In this document: positions 10,168 to 18,836 of the stretch, in pieces
Layout: each line of letters begins with the position of its first letter
Position numbering within the stretch: position 1 is the stretch's first letter
From: Candidatus Latescibacterota bacterium
GTDB taxonomy: Bacteria; Latescibacterota; UBA2968; UBA8231
DNA length: 64,000 nucleotides
Direction of reading: 5' to 3'
Assembly: GCA_965261395.1 (NCBI GenBank)
Contig: OZ253462.1
Location: forward strand, 4,704,001 to 4,768,000
Notes under the pieces: model-generated
What the model was told of the DNA's origin: nothing
The model's database searches: none
The model's input: the letters and a program-made list of their open reading frames with translations, nothing else
Program-made: the position numbers and the translations under genes

Positions 10168-10614
10168 ATGCGCCGCAGTATGGGAATTGCCCTGTGGAGC
10201 GTGGTCCTGTTGGGGGCGGCCGGTTGCACGCCCGACCTGCCCCCAGGACCGCTGCGCATCCAAGTCACCGGAGAAGAGTACATCTGGCAATTCCGCTACC
10301 CAGGCCCCGACGGTGCCTTGCAGACCGACGACGATATCATCAAGCCGGGAAAGGAGTTACATCTACCGCTTGGCATGTCGATTGAACTCGAACTGACCAG
10401 TCGAGACTACATCTACACCTTCGCCCTACCCCATCTCGACCTACATCAGGTCGCCGTGCCCGATTTGACCTTTCCGCTGACTTTCGTCCCACAGGCCACC
10501 GGCGTATTCGCCTTTGTCGGCGACCAAATGTGCGGCTTTGAACACGAGTCGCTCAACGGCCGCGTGGTAGTCGAGTCGCCAGCGGCTTTCGTCGATTGGT
10601 TGGAGAGGCCGTGA
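10168..10614 (+). CDS. Cytochrome c oxidase subunit II-like cupredoxin lipoprotein (degenerate CuA site)
   Basis: GGAGAAGG RBS and lipobox-like AAGC. WQFRYP, ELHLP and LTSRD...CG..H pattern of the COX2 periplasmic domain. Confidence 0.7.
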   Translation: MRRSMGIALWSVVLLGAAGCTPDLPPGPLRIQVTGEEYIWQFRYPGPDGALQTDDDIIKPGKELHLPLGMSIELELTSRDYIYTFALPHLDLHQVAVPDLTFPLTFVPQATGVFAFVGDQMCGFEHESLNGRVVVESPAAFVDWLERP

Positions 10615-10709
10615 TAGGTTTGGGGAAAATTCAGTAACCGTGACGAACAACTACTGTCCGAGTACGTCACAGCGTCGAAGCCTATCGGCAGAGGACGACA
10701 CGAGAAATT

Positions 10710-11315
10710 TTAAGACCGGCGCAGCGTGTCAATGAGCCGTCGCGCATGGCAAGAGGCTTCCACCACTTTACTCGGATCCAAGCATCCAAGAAGGTCAAAC
10801 GAATGCCGACCCTTCCGGTATGTTCCTTTACCTTTAGAGCACGACCTTGTCGCCTGTTTCAGCGCTGGTTCAAGGTCATCTTTTGCGATGGCCTCCACAT
10901 CGTCTCGCGCAGATAACGCGGCGGCGTTGAAATCCTTGCCAAAATAGTCACCCAAAGATTGCCGGTCTGCGACGAACCAGGCTTCCATGCACTGCACCAT
11001 GAGTTGTGCGCTGTCATCCACGGCGGCCGAGGGCTGGGTCCATTTATCGCGTTTCTTTAGGTGCTCCCAGGGGCTATCGCCGGCTGCGACTGCGGCCTCA
11101 CTATCTACCAAGAGAACGATAAAACTGTCGTCTTCGGCTTGACCAATAGCCGTACAAAATTGGTCGTATGCTCTTTGTCGGGAACCGCAAGCGATAACGC
11201 GCGGCATGCGGCCCTCAAGCCCGGCCTTGCTAAAAAACTCCCTGAAACCATTGCGACATTGTCTTCTTAATTGATTAGAGTCTCCACCACCCTCGACATA
11301 TACCTTGATGCTCAC
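10710..11315 (-). CDS. DUF4276-like TOPRIM-fold putative nuclease/effector
   Basis: VYVEGGGD, LLVDSE and MEAWF acidic motifs. GTGA overlap with the upstream ATPase. Confidence 0.75.
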   Translation of the reverse strand: MSIKVYVEGGGDSNQLRRQCRNGFREFFSKAGLEGRMPRVIACGSRQRAYDQFCTAIGQAEDDSFIVLLVDSEAAVAAGDSPWEHLKKRDKWTQPSAAVDDSAQLMVQCMEAWFVADRQSLGDYFGKDFNAAALSARDDVEAIAKDDLEPALKQATRSCSKGKGTYRKGRHSFDLLGCLDPSKVVEASCHARRLIDTLRRS

Positions 11316-12538
11316 CAAGGATTCCCCCCAATCTCGCCACTGCTCCAGAGGTCACCGAGCCGGTAGTTCTCCAACCAAGCGGCCATTTTCTTTTCGTCGA
11401 GACGGCGCATCACAGTCTGCCCGTCGCGCTTTTCACAAACCACGATACTCCACCATTCATTGGTCAGGGCATCGACGAGCATGTCCGAATGGGTCGTTAC
11501 AATTAACTGGCTGCGTTCGGACGCTTCAAGCAACAACTTGCTCACCGTCGGCAGTATGTCCGGATGCAGGCCCAGTTCGGGTTCCTCGATACAGATGAGG
11601 GGCGGCGGTTGCGGGTGGCAGAGCACGGCGAGCAAACAGAGGTACCGCAGCGTACCATCCGAAAGACGAGTAGCCGGTATGACCACGTCGCCTTCCTCTA
11701 AGAACAGTTGGACCGTACTACCCTCAATCTTGACGTGGAAATCGGTTATGCCTTCGTAGAATTTGCTTAAAGCGTCCAGCAGACGCCGCTTTACCGCTGG
11801 CTCGCCTTGGAACCTGTTCAACACCAAGGCTAAGTTTTTCCCGTCTTCTTGCAGGAAATCGTTGGGAAGGTCGGCCTTCTGCGGCAAACGCAGTGGGGAA
11901 TCGCGCCCAAGCGACCACTCGCGATAAATGCGAATGCGGCTCAATACCTCGCCGAGGTACGTCAGTTCGGGGTATTGGTCGGGATCTTTGCGTTGGGACA
12001 GAATGGACTGGTCCGGTTTAATCTCCTCGGGACGAAAGTCGTACCCCAGCCGAGGACGAACATGAGGGAACTTCGCCTTTACGGTAGCCAGTATCTCCGG
12101 ACTCAAGTCATCCTCATCCTTAAAAGTGAGAAACGCCCGCCCGCCCTTCTGATTGTAATAGATATACGGCTCCTCATGTCCTTCATCACTCTGTTCGTTC
12201 TCTATCCGCTCTTCGATCAGTTCAAATCGCTGGCCGCGCTCGGCAAAACCCAGCCGGTATCGCAACGCCTGCGGCCCTTGTGGGTTCTCCACAATGGCCT
12301 CGATATGGGCAGTACCCTCCGGTTTTCCCCGCCAGATCCAATCGTGGATACCCCCGCCCTCACGAATAGGTGCGGCCAAATCTCGCGGAGCCGACCGGAG
12401 GATATCGATGCTCTCTAGAAGATTGGACTTCCCCGAACCATTGGGGCCGATCAATACATTTAGCCGCTTGAGTTCGAGTCCTCTGGAGTCGGGGCCGAAT
12501 GAGAGCAGGTTGGTCTGTTTGATACGACGAATGAGCAT
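11312..12538 (-). CDS. ABC-type ATPase (AAA_15/AAA_21-like, non-transporter)
   Basis: Walker A GPNGSGKS, signature LSDGT, Walker B/D-loop IEEPELGLHP and H-loop TTHS. Confidence 0.9.
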   Translation of the reverse strand: MLIRRIKQTNLLSFGPDSRGLELKRLNVLIGPNGSGKSNLLESIDILRSAPRDLAAPIREGGGIHDWIWRGKPEGTAHIEAIVENPQGPQALRYRLGFAERGQRFELIEERIENEQSDEGHEEPYIYYNQKGGRAFLTFKDEDDLSPEILATVKAKFPHVRPRLGYDFRPEEIKPDQSILSQRKDPDQYPELTYLGEVLSRIRIYREWSLGRDSPLRLPQKADLPNDFLQEDGKNLALVLNRFQGEPAVKRRLLDALSKFYEGITDFHVKIEGSTVQLFLEEGDVVIPATRLSDGTLRYLCLLAVLCHPQPPPLICIEEPELGLHPDILPTVSKLLLEASERSQLIVTTHSDMLVDALTNEWWSIVVCEKRDGQTVMRRLDEKKMAAWLENYRLGDLWSSGEIGGNPW

Positions 12539-12563
12539 ATCCTACCTTCACAATCTCCAGTAG

Positions 12564-13214
12564 TTAAGAGCTTTGGCTACTGGGAAAGAACAACCGCTTC
12601 AGCCAATCAGCGAGAACATCTACTTCTGTAACACTGGGATCAAGGAAGCAGGCACTAATGGCCGTCCCGAAAGGCCGTCCCGGCTCTTCCTGCCAAGCAA
12701 GCCAAGTATGGATGACCGCCTTTGGCTCAGCTAGTTGCTTGAAACGCCGCTCGCCTTCAGGGATAGCTGCCACACTGGCCTTAGCATGGTCAAAAAGAAT
12801 ATTAGGTTGCGGAACAAGGAAGTGCAGGAAATCCTCCAAGATTCCACTTGTCTGGTTATTCGGCATAATCCAGACGCCCAATCGCGGTAGATAACTTCCT
12901 GCCGGAGGATCGAGGATCGTTCCGTCCGGGTCTGGTTGATCAGGCACATTTTGGTATCCGAAATCGGTGATTCGATCTCGTATCGACTGCCAACGGGCGC
13001 TTATGTCCGTATCGGCATCAATGACTACCCCAATAGCGTCGCCCTCCTGGATCAATAATGGGAGTCGGACCCCAAGGTTCTCAATGAGTTTTATGTCATT
13101 GCCACAGTTCTCCACTTCGTCGAGATGGGGAATACCGTGATTCCCACAGATATGCTTCAGGACGTGCTCGTCGTCGGTGCCCTCCACCAAGAGGATTTTC
13201 CTCCCATTTGCCAT
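12564..13214 (-). CDS. DUF3226-like TOPRIM-fold putative nuclease/effector
   Basis: LLVEGTDD, VVIDADTD (DxD) and WIMPNN...GILEDF. Starts 1 nt after the upstream ATPase stop. Confidence 0.75.
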   Translation of the reverse strand: MANGRKILLVEGTDDEHVLKHICGNHGIPHLDEVENCGNDIKLIENLGVRLPLLIQEGDAIGVVIDADTDISARWQSIRDRITDFGYQNVPDQPDPDGTILDPPAGSYLPRLGVWIMPNNQTSGILEDFLHFLVPQPNILFDHAKASVAAIPEGERRFKQLAEPKAVIHTWLAWQEEPGRPFGTAISACFLDPSVTEVDVLADWLKRLFFPSSQSS

Positions 13215-13215
13215 A

Positions 13216-14328
13216 TCAGCGCACCTCGATTTGGTCGCGGGTTGCTATGGCAAGTTCATCTTCTGATAGCACAGTGGGAATAATGTCCTCACCCCTGCGA
13301 GCCAAGCGTATAAGCACCCCCTCTTCAGGCGCTTCCGCCGCCGCTTTCTGAAACGCCTCGACCGCGTCCCAACTATGGGACGTCGCAAAGACTTGAATAT
13401 CGAGCTTTTGCGCCAACCGGAATATCGTGCGCCACACATCCAACTGCACGGTGTGATGCAGACCGTTTTCAAACTCATCCACCAGCAAAAGTCCCCCGCG
13501 AGCATTGACAAGCGAGAGAATGATTCCAAACAGCCGATTCAGTCCGTCGCCAAACGAGCGCAGTGGAATAGGCCGTGCGATATTGTCTGCTCGTACAATG
13601 GCGGTAAGCTTTCTGCGAGTGCTGCCAACCATGGAAACGGCAGAGATCTGAGGACTGATTATGTGCAACGCTTCAACGACATCCTTTTCCCTATCAGATA
13701 GCGCGATTTTATCCCACAATGGCCCCAACGCTCCTGTGCTTTCTCCGCTGTAGGGACTGACGAAGATACAGGACATCCGGGTTCCATTGGATGCTTCAAA
13801 ACGCGCTCTGTGCATCGGATGAAGGTATCTGCCAAAACGATCAAGCCGATGGGCTTTTTTTGTGTCTTGTGTCTCGACGATCAAAGCAGCTATACCGTCT
13901 GGTTCTAGTTTGCCAAGAGGGACCAACCGATATTGTCCGTCCGAGTCGGATTCCTCTGATAGCCAATCCAAGCATATTGTCATGCTTATTGGGCTCAACT
14001 TGCCACTAGTTGAAATAGCGATCGGCTTAGGGCTCTCTGAAAGCAGAGGGAATCCGTGGAACAGCCCAGAGACCTGAAGCAAGCTATCGGGGTCAGCGGG
14101 GTGTTCTTCTTCCTCTGCTCCCTCAATATTTTCTTCACGGTGTCTGACTATGTCGTAAATCACGTCAGGCGCGGCATTGTTTGCGAGAATACGCAGCCCT
14201 TCAAGAACAGATGATTTTCCGGCGCTGTTCTTTCCTGTAATCAGGTTCACGCGCCCCAAGCCACAGATGGTCAACTCGCGGAATACGCGGAATCGCTCCA
14301 GCGTTATGCTCTCAATTTTGAGGCTCAT
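13216..14328 (-). CDS. ABC-type ATPase (AAA_15/AAA_21-like, non-transporter)
   Basis: Walker A GKNSAGKS, signature SFGDG, Walker B LVDEFENGLH and H-loop ATSHS. Confidence 0.9.
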   Translation of the reverse strand: MSLKIESITLERFRVFRELTICGLGRVNLITGKNSAGKSSVLEGLRILANNAAPDVIYDIVRHREENIEGAEEEEHPADPDSLLQVSGLFHGFPLLSESPKPIAISTSGKLSPISMTICLDWLSEESDSDGQYRLVPLGKLEPDGIAALIVETQDTKKAHRLDRFGRYLHPMHRARFEASNGTRMSCIFVSPYSGESTGALGPLWDKIALSDREKDVVEALHIISPQISAVSMVGSTRRKLTAIVRADNIARPIPLRSFGDGLNRLFGIILSLVNARGGLLLVDEFENGLHHTVQLDVWRTIFRLAQKLDIQVFATSHSWDAVEAFQKAAAEAPEEGVLIRLARRGEDIIPTVLSEDELAIATRDQIEVR

Positions 14329-14366
14329 TGCATTCCCCTTTCACTAGGGTACTTCGTCCATTTCTT

Positions 14367-14421
14367 CATCTTGCGACAATATACGCGAACTGCTCGAACT
14401 GCTTCAACCGTCGCCAAGATG
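14367..14421 (-). promoter_or_regulatory. Putative promoter/operator of the ATPase-TOPRIM operon
   Basis: TTGAAG-N18-TATATT on the minus strand. The spacer is largely a 9-bp tandem repeat, bracketed by the inverted repeat CATCTTGCGAC/GTCGCCAAGATG. Confidence 0.4.
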
Positions 14422-14463
14422 GATGCGTTCATCCACTTCCCCGCCCTAGCCGTCACCCTCCCC

Positions 14464-15519
14464 TCAGTCCAGCCGTATCTCCCCGCCCGCTTCTTGGCTC
14501 CGATAGATCCCATCGAGGATTTTCATCACCTGTAAGGATTGTTCCGGCGGCACCGGCGAGGGCCGCCCTTGGGCGATCGCCGCGGCGAACTCCACGCATT
14601 CCTGCGCGTGGGCTTCGAGGCCGTCGTACATCAGCATGAGCTTGCGGTCGTACTGCTGGCGGGTCTCGTTGTTGCTCTCGCAAATCGAGCACTCGGGCCA
14701 ATGCGCCCCGCCGCGAGTGCCGTAGAGCCACATCTGCATGTCCTCGCCTTGGACATTGTGGTGCAAAAGCCAGCTCACCTCCAGCATGAGCGTTGCGCCG
14801 TTGTCAAAGCGCACAAAGGCCGCGGCAAAATCCTCGACATCGTAGTGAGATGGGATCGGCTGGCGGCCCCATTGGCTGAAAGCCCCTTCTTGGTGCGCCA
14901 ATTCAGCGCGGGCCACGCCCGAAATGGCCACCGGCTCGGGATGCCCCATAAACCACAAGGTCAGGTCGAGAATGTGAACCCCAATGTCGATGCAGGGGCC
15001 GCCGCCGCTGTGCTCCTTGAGAATAAACCCGCCGCCGACCGGCGCGCCGGCCCGGCGCAGCATCCAACTGCGGGCGTGGTAGATGTCGCCGAGCGCGCCT
15101 GTGTCCAACTCGGCCTTCAGCGCGCGGGACGAGCCTTGAAAGCGAAAGTGCTGCGCCGTCATCAGCTCCTTGCCCGAGGCATCGCGCGCCGCAATCATCT
15201 GGCGAACGTCCTCGGGCGTGGGGGCCAAAGGCTTTTCGCAGATCACGTGCTTGCCAGCCGACAGCGCGGCAATGGCCAACGGAGCGTGATACATATTGGG
15301 CGTGCAGATGTCGATAATGTCGATATCTGAATCGCTGAACAGCGCCTCCGGGTCGGTGTGCAGCTTGGTGACCCCGTTTTCTGCGCCAAAGTGCTGTAGC
15401 GCGTCCTCGCTAATATCGCTGCCGGCGATCAGTTCGGCCTCGCTAGAAGCCTGCCAGCCGGGGAGATGCGTGCGGGCGATCCCGCCAACGCCGACGATAC
15501 CTACTTTGAGCTTGCTCAT
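14464..15519 (-). CDS. Gfo/Idh/MocA family oxidoreductase
   Basis: KVGIVGVGGIA Rossmann motif, HVICEKP and GGGPCIDIGVH. Confidence 0.92.
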   Translation of the reverse strand: MSKLKVGIVGVGGIARTHLPGWQASSEAELIAGSDISEDALQHFGAENGVTKLHTDPEALFSDSDIDIIDICTPNMYHAPLAIAALSAGKHVICEKPLAPTPEDVRQMIAARDASGKELMTAQHFRFQGSSRALKAELDTGALGDIYHARSWMLRRAGAPVGGGFILKEHSGGGPCIDIGVHILDLTLWFMGHPEPVAISGVARAELAHQEGAFSQWGRQPIPSHYDVEDFAAAFVRFDNGATLMLEVSWLLHHNVQGEDMQMWLYGTRGGAHWPECSICESNNETRQQYDRKLMLMYDGLEAHAQECVEFAAAIAQGRPSPVPPEQSLQVMKILDGIYRSQEAGGEIRLD

Positions 15520-15574
15520 GGTTTATCCTTTTTTCGATTGTGGTTTGATATACAGCAAAAAGCTGTGTTTAGGT

Positions 15575-16327
15575 TCATATCCGCGTCAGGGCTTCCGCCG
15601 GCATCCAACCGCCGAGGCCGTTGGCCAGCCGCACCAGCATCCATTCCCCCTCCTGCCGCACCAAGCGCACCTTGGTGCCCTCGTGCGCGACAAAAACTTC
15701 CGTCTGCCCGAGGTCAGGGCCGGAGTGCGCGCGTGCCTCGACAACTGTGACGATGGCTTCGCTCGTCTGCGCCTGATGGCGCAGGCGCGTCCCCAGCCAC
15801 AGCGCGGATCCAACGCTCAGCCCCGCACAGAGCAAAACCCCGACTAGCCACAGCGCCCCGGGGCGCGTCTGCGCAAACAACCAACGCACCCCCAAGACAA
15901 AGACCGCGAAAAACGCCACGGCGAACAGCAGGCTGAGCTGGTTGAACGTAGGCCAAAAATAGGCGGCTACCAGTGCGGCTACCAGCGCGTTGAGGCCATC
16001 CTCGGTTTGTGGGTCGCGGTCCTGCTTCACGAGGTTGGCGAAGCGCAGATTGGCCTCGATGTCCTCGTCGTGCGGTAGCAAGCGCCGCGCCCGCTCATAC
16101 CAGAGAATCGCCTCGCCCAGCTTCCCGGACTTGAAGCAGGCATTGCCCAGATTGTAGTAGATCCGAGCGTCTTGCACCCCGGAATCCACCACCTCCAAGT
16201 AGCTGCGCCGCGCCGCCGCAAAATTCCCGTCCCGATAGAGTGCGTTGGCCTCGTTGTACTGCCCAGCCGTGGCCCCGGCGTGGAGTTGGGTGCCCAACAG
16301 GAGCAACAGCGCCAGTGTGCGCATCAT
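15575..16327 (-). CDS. BatE-like TPR + SH3 membrane protein
   Basis: YYNLGNA TPR, TM helices and C-terminal HEGTKV...GW SH3b. Last gene of the Bat cluster. Confidence 0.8.
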   Translation of the reverse strand: MMRTLALLLLLGTQLHAGATAGQYNEANALYRDGNFAAARRSYLEVVDSGVQDARIYYNLGNACFKSGKLGEAILWYERARRLLPHDEDIEANLRFANLVKQDRDPQTEDGLNALVAALVAAYFWPTFNQLSLLFAVAFFAVFVLGVRWLFAQTRPGALWLVGVLLCAGLSVGSALWLGTRLRHQAQTSEAIVTVVEARAHSGPDLGQTEVFVAHEGTKVRLVRQEGEWMLVRLANGLGGWMPAEALTRI

Positions 16328-18105
16328 ATGCGTTTCTCCAAACCCGCGATCACCTCCTCGGCCAAGCGCTGTGCGGCCGCCCGGTCCGTCGGCGGGCCGC
16401 CCGCGGGCGCAAAGCGCGCAAAGTCGCAGCGCGTCAGCAGGTCGCGCAACGCCGCAGTCGTCTCGGGCTCGACTTGGCGCGCCGTCAGGGCCTCGGTACA
16501 GACCTCAATGGTCAGGCCGGCGGCGGCGAGGTTGAGGCGGTCGGCCACGAACTCCAGCACCGCGGCGCGGACCTCGCCGTAGAACTCGGCCTCGGTGCCG
16601 GCCTCAAGCAAGTCATCGGCGCGGGCTAGGCGGCGTTCAGCCTCGCCTTTGGCCCGGCGCTGGCGCGCATACGCAACATCGCCCTGCAAGCGCCGCTGGT
16701 GGCGTTGCCACAAAAGCAGGGCCAAGAAGGCGATGGGCAGCACGCCCTGCAAGGTCCAAAACCAATAGCTGTTGTATAACATGGAGGCCGCGCCGAGGAC
16801 CTCGGCGTCGGGCTTGATGTAGCGGATGTCCTCCCCGACGACCTCGATGTCGCGCCGGCTCAACCCGTAGTTCACCCCTTCTTCCTCGGCACTCCCCTCG
16901 CTGTGAACGGTGATGGGCGCGGATTCGAGCACCTCGTAGCGCGCTTGGTGTGGGTCGAAGTATGCAAAGCGCAACGGCGGGATGTTTAGGGTGCCGCCCT
17001 GCTCGGGAATCAAGATGTACTCGAAGAGGCGGCGGCCCCCGTACACGCCGTTGGTGATCCGCTCTTCTTGTTCGACCTTGGGGTCGTAGAGCTTGACGCC
17101 AGCGGCGACATCGACTTGCAGAGGCTGCACCGCGGCCATGTTGCCCTCGCCCTCGATGAGGACTCGCAGCGTCACCGGATCCCCGACCGGAACTTGGGTC
17201 GGCTGGGCCGCGACGCTGAGTTGGAAGCGCCCGACCGCGCCGGTAAATTCCGCAGGGCGGCCCTGCTCTGGCAGCGGCAGGGTCTCGATTTGCAATTCCT
17301 CGCTTTGCAGGAGCACCGAGCGCGAGCGGCCAAAAAACGGATCGCCGGCGAAGAAATCGTCGAGCACTCCGCCGCGACGCGAGCGCTGTTGGGGAATGTC
17401 GCAGGAAACGGCCAACGTGCCGACGGCGTGGGTACCCGCACTGGTGGGGAAAAGGGCCACGCGCCGCAGCGGCGCGACGTTGAAGGACACGCCGCCGCGC
17501 ACCTCCTGATGGGCCTCCAGTTGTTGGGCGACAAAGAGGTCTTCGGTCCAGAACCCGACAAAGGTCGGCAGCTTGTTGAAGCTGACGTTGTGCGGTTGGA
17601 TGCGGTAGAACAGGTCGTAGGATACGGTGACCTGCTGCCCCACATACGCTCGCTCGTGGTCGGCGCGCGCTAATACGAATATGGGGGGGTCGTCTGTCTG
17701 GCCTGCTTGCGAGCGGCTGGTGCCGCGGACGATCTCGACGGTAATGGGCTTGGTCTCATAGCGCTCGTCGCCCATTTCCAGTTGGAGCGGACCGATTGTG
17801 AAGGTACCGGCCTGCTTGGCATAGAGGACGTACGTTAACTCGCGGGTGAAGCTGACGTTGGAGAAGTTGCTCATCTCCACCTGCGTGCTAGTCGCGGGCC
17901 CCTCAACGTGGAAATCCTTTAGGTTGAACGCTGGCGTCACCTGGCCCACTTGCTCGTCGGAGGTGATGCGGAGCGTCAGGCGAATCGGCTCGCCCTGACT
18001 AGCGCGCGTGCGATCGACGGACGCCTCAAACTGAATCGTCGCCGCCGCAACGCTGGATGCCGCAAGCACCCAGAGTACTAGCGGGATAGTCAGACGCGTG
18101 CTCAC
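16324..18105 (-). CDS. BatD family protein
   Basis: Signal peptide, FEASVD and PLP...FTGAVGRF...GEGN, with a C-terminal TM. Bat context. Confidence 0.85.
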   Translation of the reverse strand: MSTRLTIPLVLWVLAASSVAAATIQFEASVDRTRASQGEPIRLTLRITSDEQVGQVTPAFNLKDFHVEGPATSTQVEMSNFSNVSFTRELTYVLYAKQAGTFTIGPLQLEMGDERYETKPITVEIVRGTSRSQAGQTDDPPIFVLARADHERAYVGQQVTVSYDLFYRIQPHNVSFNKLPTFVGFWTEDLFVAQQLEAHQEVRGGVSFNVAPLRRVALFPTSAGTHAVGTLAVSCDIPQQRSRRGGVLDDFFAGDPFFGRSRSVLLQSEELQIETLPLPEQGRPAEFTGAVGRFQLSVAAQPTQVPVGDPVTLRVLIEGEGNMAAVQPLQVDVAAGVKLYDPKVEQEERITNGVYGGRRLFEYILIPEQGGTLNIPPLRFAYFDPHQARYEVLESAPITVHSEGSAEEEGVNYGLSRRDIEVVGEDIRYIKPDAEVLGAASMLYNSYWFWTLQGVLPIAFLALLLWQRHQRRLQGDVAYARQRRAKGEAERRLARADDLLEAGTEAEFYGEVRAAVLEFVADRLNLAAAGLTIEVCTEALTARQVEPETTAALRDLLTRCDFARFAPAGGPPTDRAAAQRLAEEVIAGLEKRI

Positions 18106-18836
18106 CAGTCTCTTGCCTGCGCTTTGCCAGTGGCGCGAAACCGGTGCTGCTGAGCTTCCAACTCGCGGTTCTTGAGGGCATCCATAAGCTGCTGCGCTTC
18201 CTCGGGACTAATGGACTGCTGCTCGGTGGGCTGTTCCTGCTGCTGTTGGTCTTGCTCTGAATCCTGCTGTTGATCCTGTTGATTTTGTTGCTGCTGTTGG
18301 TCCTGTTGATCCTGCTCTGAATTGTCCTGCTGTTCCTGTTGCTCTTGCTCCTGCTCCGAATCGTCCTGCTGATCTTGCTGATCCTGTTGCTCTTGCTGCT
18401 GCTGTTGCTGCTCCTGCAATTTCTCCAGCGCCAGCTCCAAGTTCACCTTTGCATCCTCGTCGGCGGCATCTAGCTCCAGCGCCTGCTTATACGCGGCGAC
18501 GGCCTGTTCAAACGCCTGCTGCTGAAAAAAGCTATTGCCCATGTTGTAATGGGCCTGCGCCTGGATTTTTTTCTCCTCGGCGCTGAGCACCCGCTCGAAT
18601 TCCCGCAGAGCTTGGTCGTATTCACCGCGCTTAAAAAGCGCGTCCCCAACGTTGAAGTGCAGCTCGGGCGCGTCGGGCCGGTCGAGGAGAGCGTCGCGGT
18701 AGAGCTGGAGGGCCTGATCGTACTCGCCGCGCTGATAGTGCTCCAAAGCCTCGGCGCTCTTGCTGGCCACGGGATCGCCCACGGTCGCCCCGCAGACGAC
18801 TAGCCAGATCCCCAAGACAACCCATAGTGTACCCAT
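18102..18836 (-). CDS. BatC-like TPR protein with Q/E/D-rich linker
   Basis: TPRs (HFNVGDA, HYNMGN, NLELAL), Q-rich tract and C-terminal RDW. TAATG overlap with batB. Confidence 0.82.
   Translation of the reverse strand: MGTLWVVLGIWLVVCGATVGDPVASKSAEALEHYQRGEYDQALQLYRDALLDRPDAPELHFNVGDALFKRGEYDQALREFERVLSAEEKKIQAQAHYNMGNSFFQQQAFEQAVAAYKQALELDAADEDAKVNLELALEKLQEQQQQQQEQQDQQDQQDDSEQEQEQQEQQDNSEQDQQDQQQQQNQQDQQQDSEQDQQQQEQPTEQQSISPEEAQQLMDALKNRELEAQQHRFRATGKAQARDW
18230..18416 (-). repeat. Low-complexity Gln-rich coding repeat
   Basis: Repeated CAG/CAA/GAT codons encoding QQDQQ/SEQ units. Confidence 0.7.

Noticed and set aside
11312-14328. Island ATPases as transporter subunits or SMC/RecF proteins
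   Set aside because: No permease nearby, no long coiled coil, and each is coupled to a TOPRIM-like gene.
10615-14463. Terminal repeats or a mobility gene for the ATPase-TOPRIM island
   Set aside because: No convincing direct or inverted terminal repeats, transposase or integrase found by eye, so it is not called a mobile element.
18230-18416. Gln-rich repeat as a novel element
   Set aside because: Q-rich linkers are a normal feature of BatC-like proteins.
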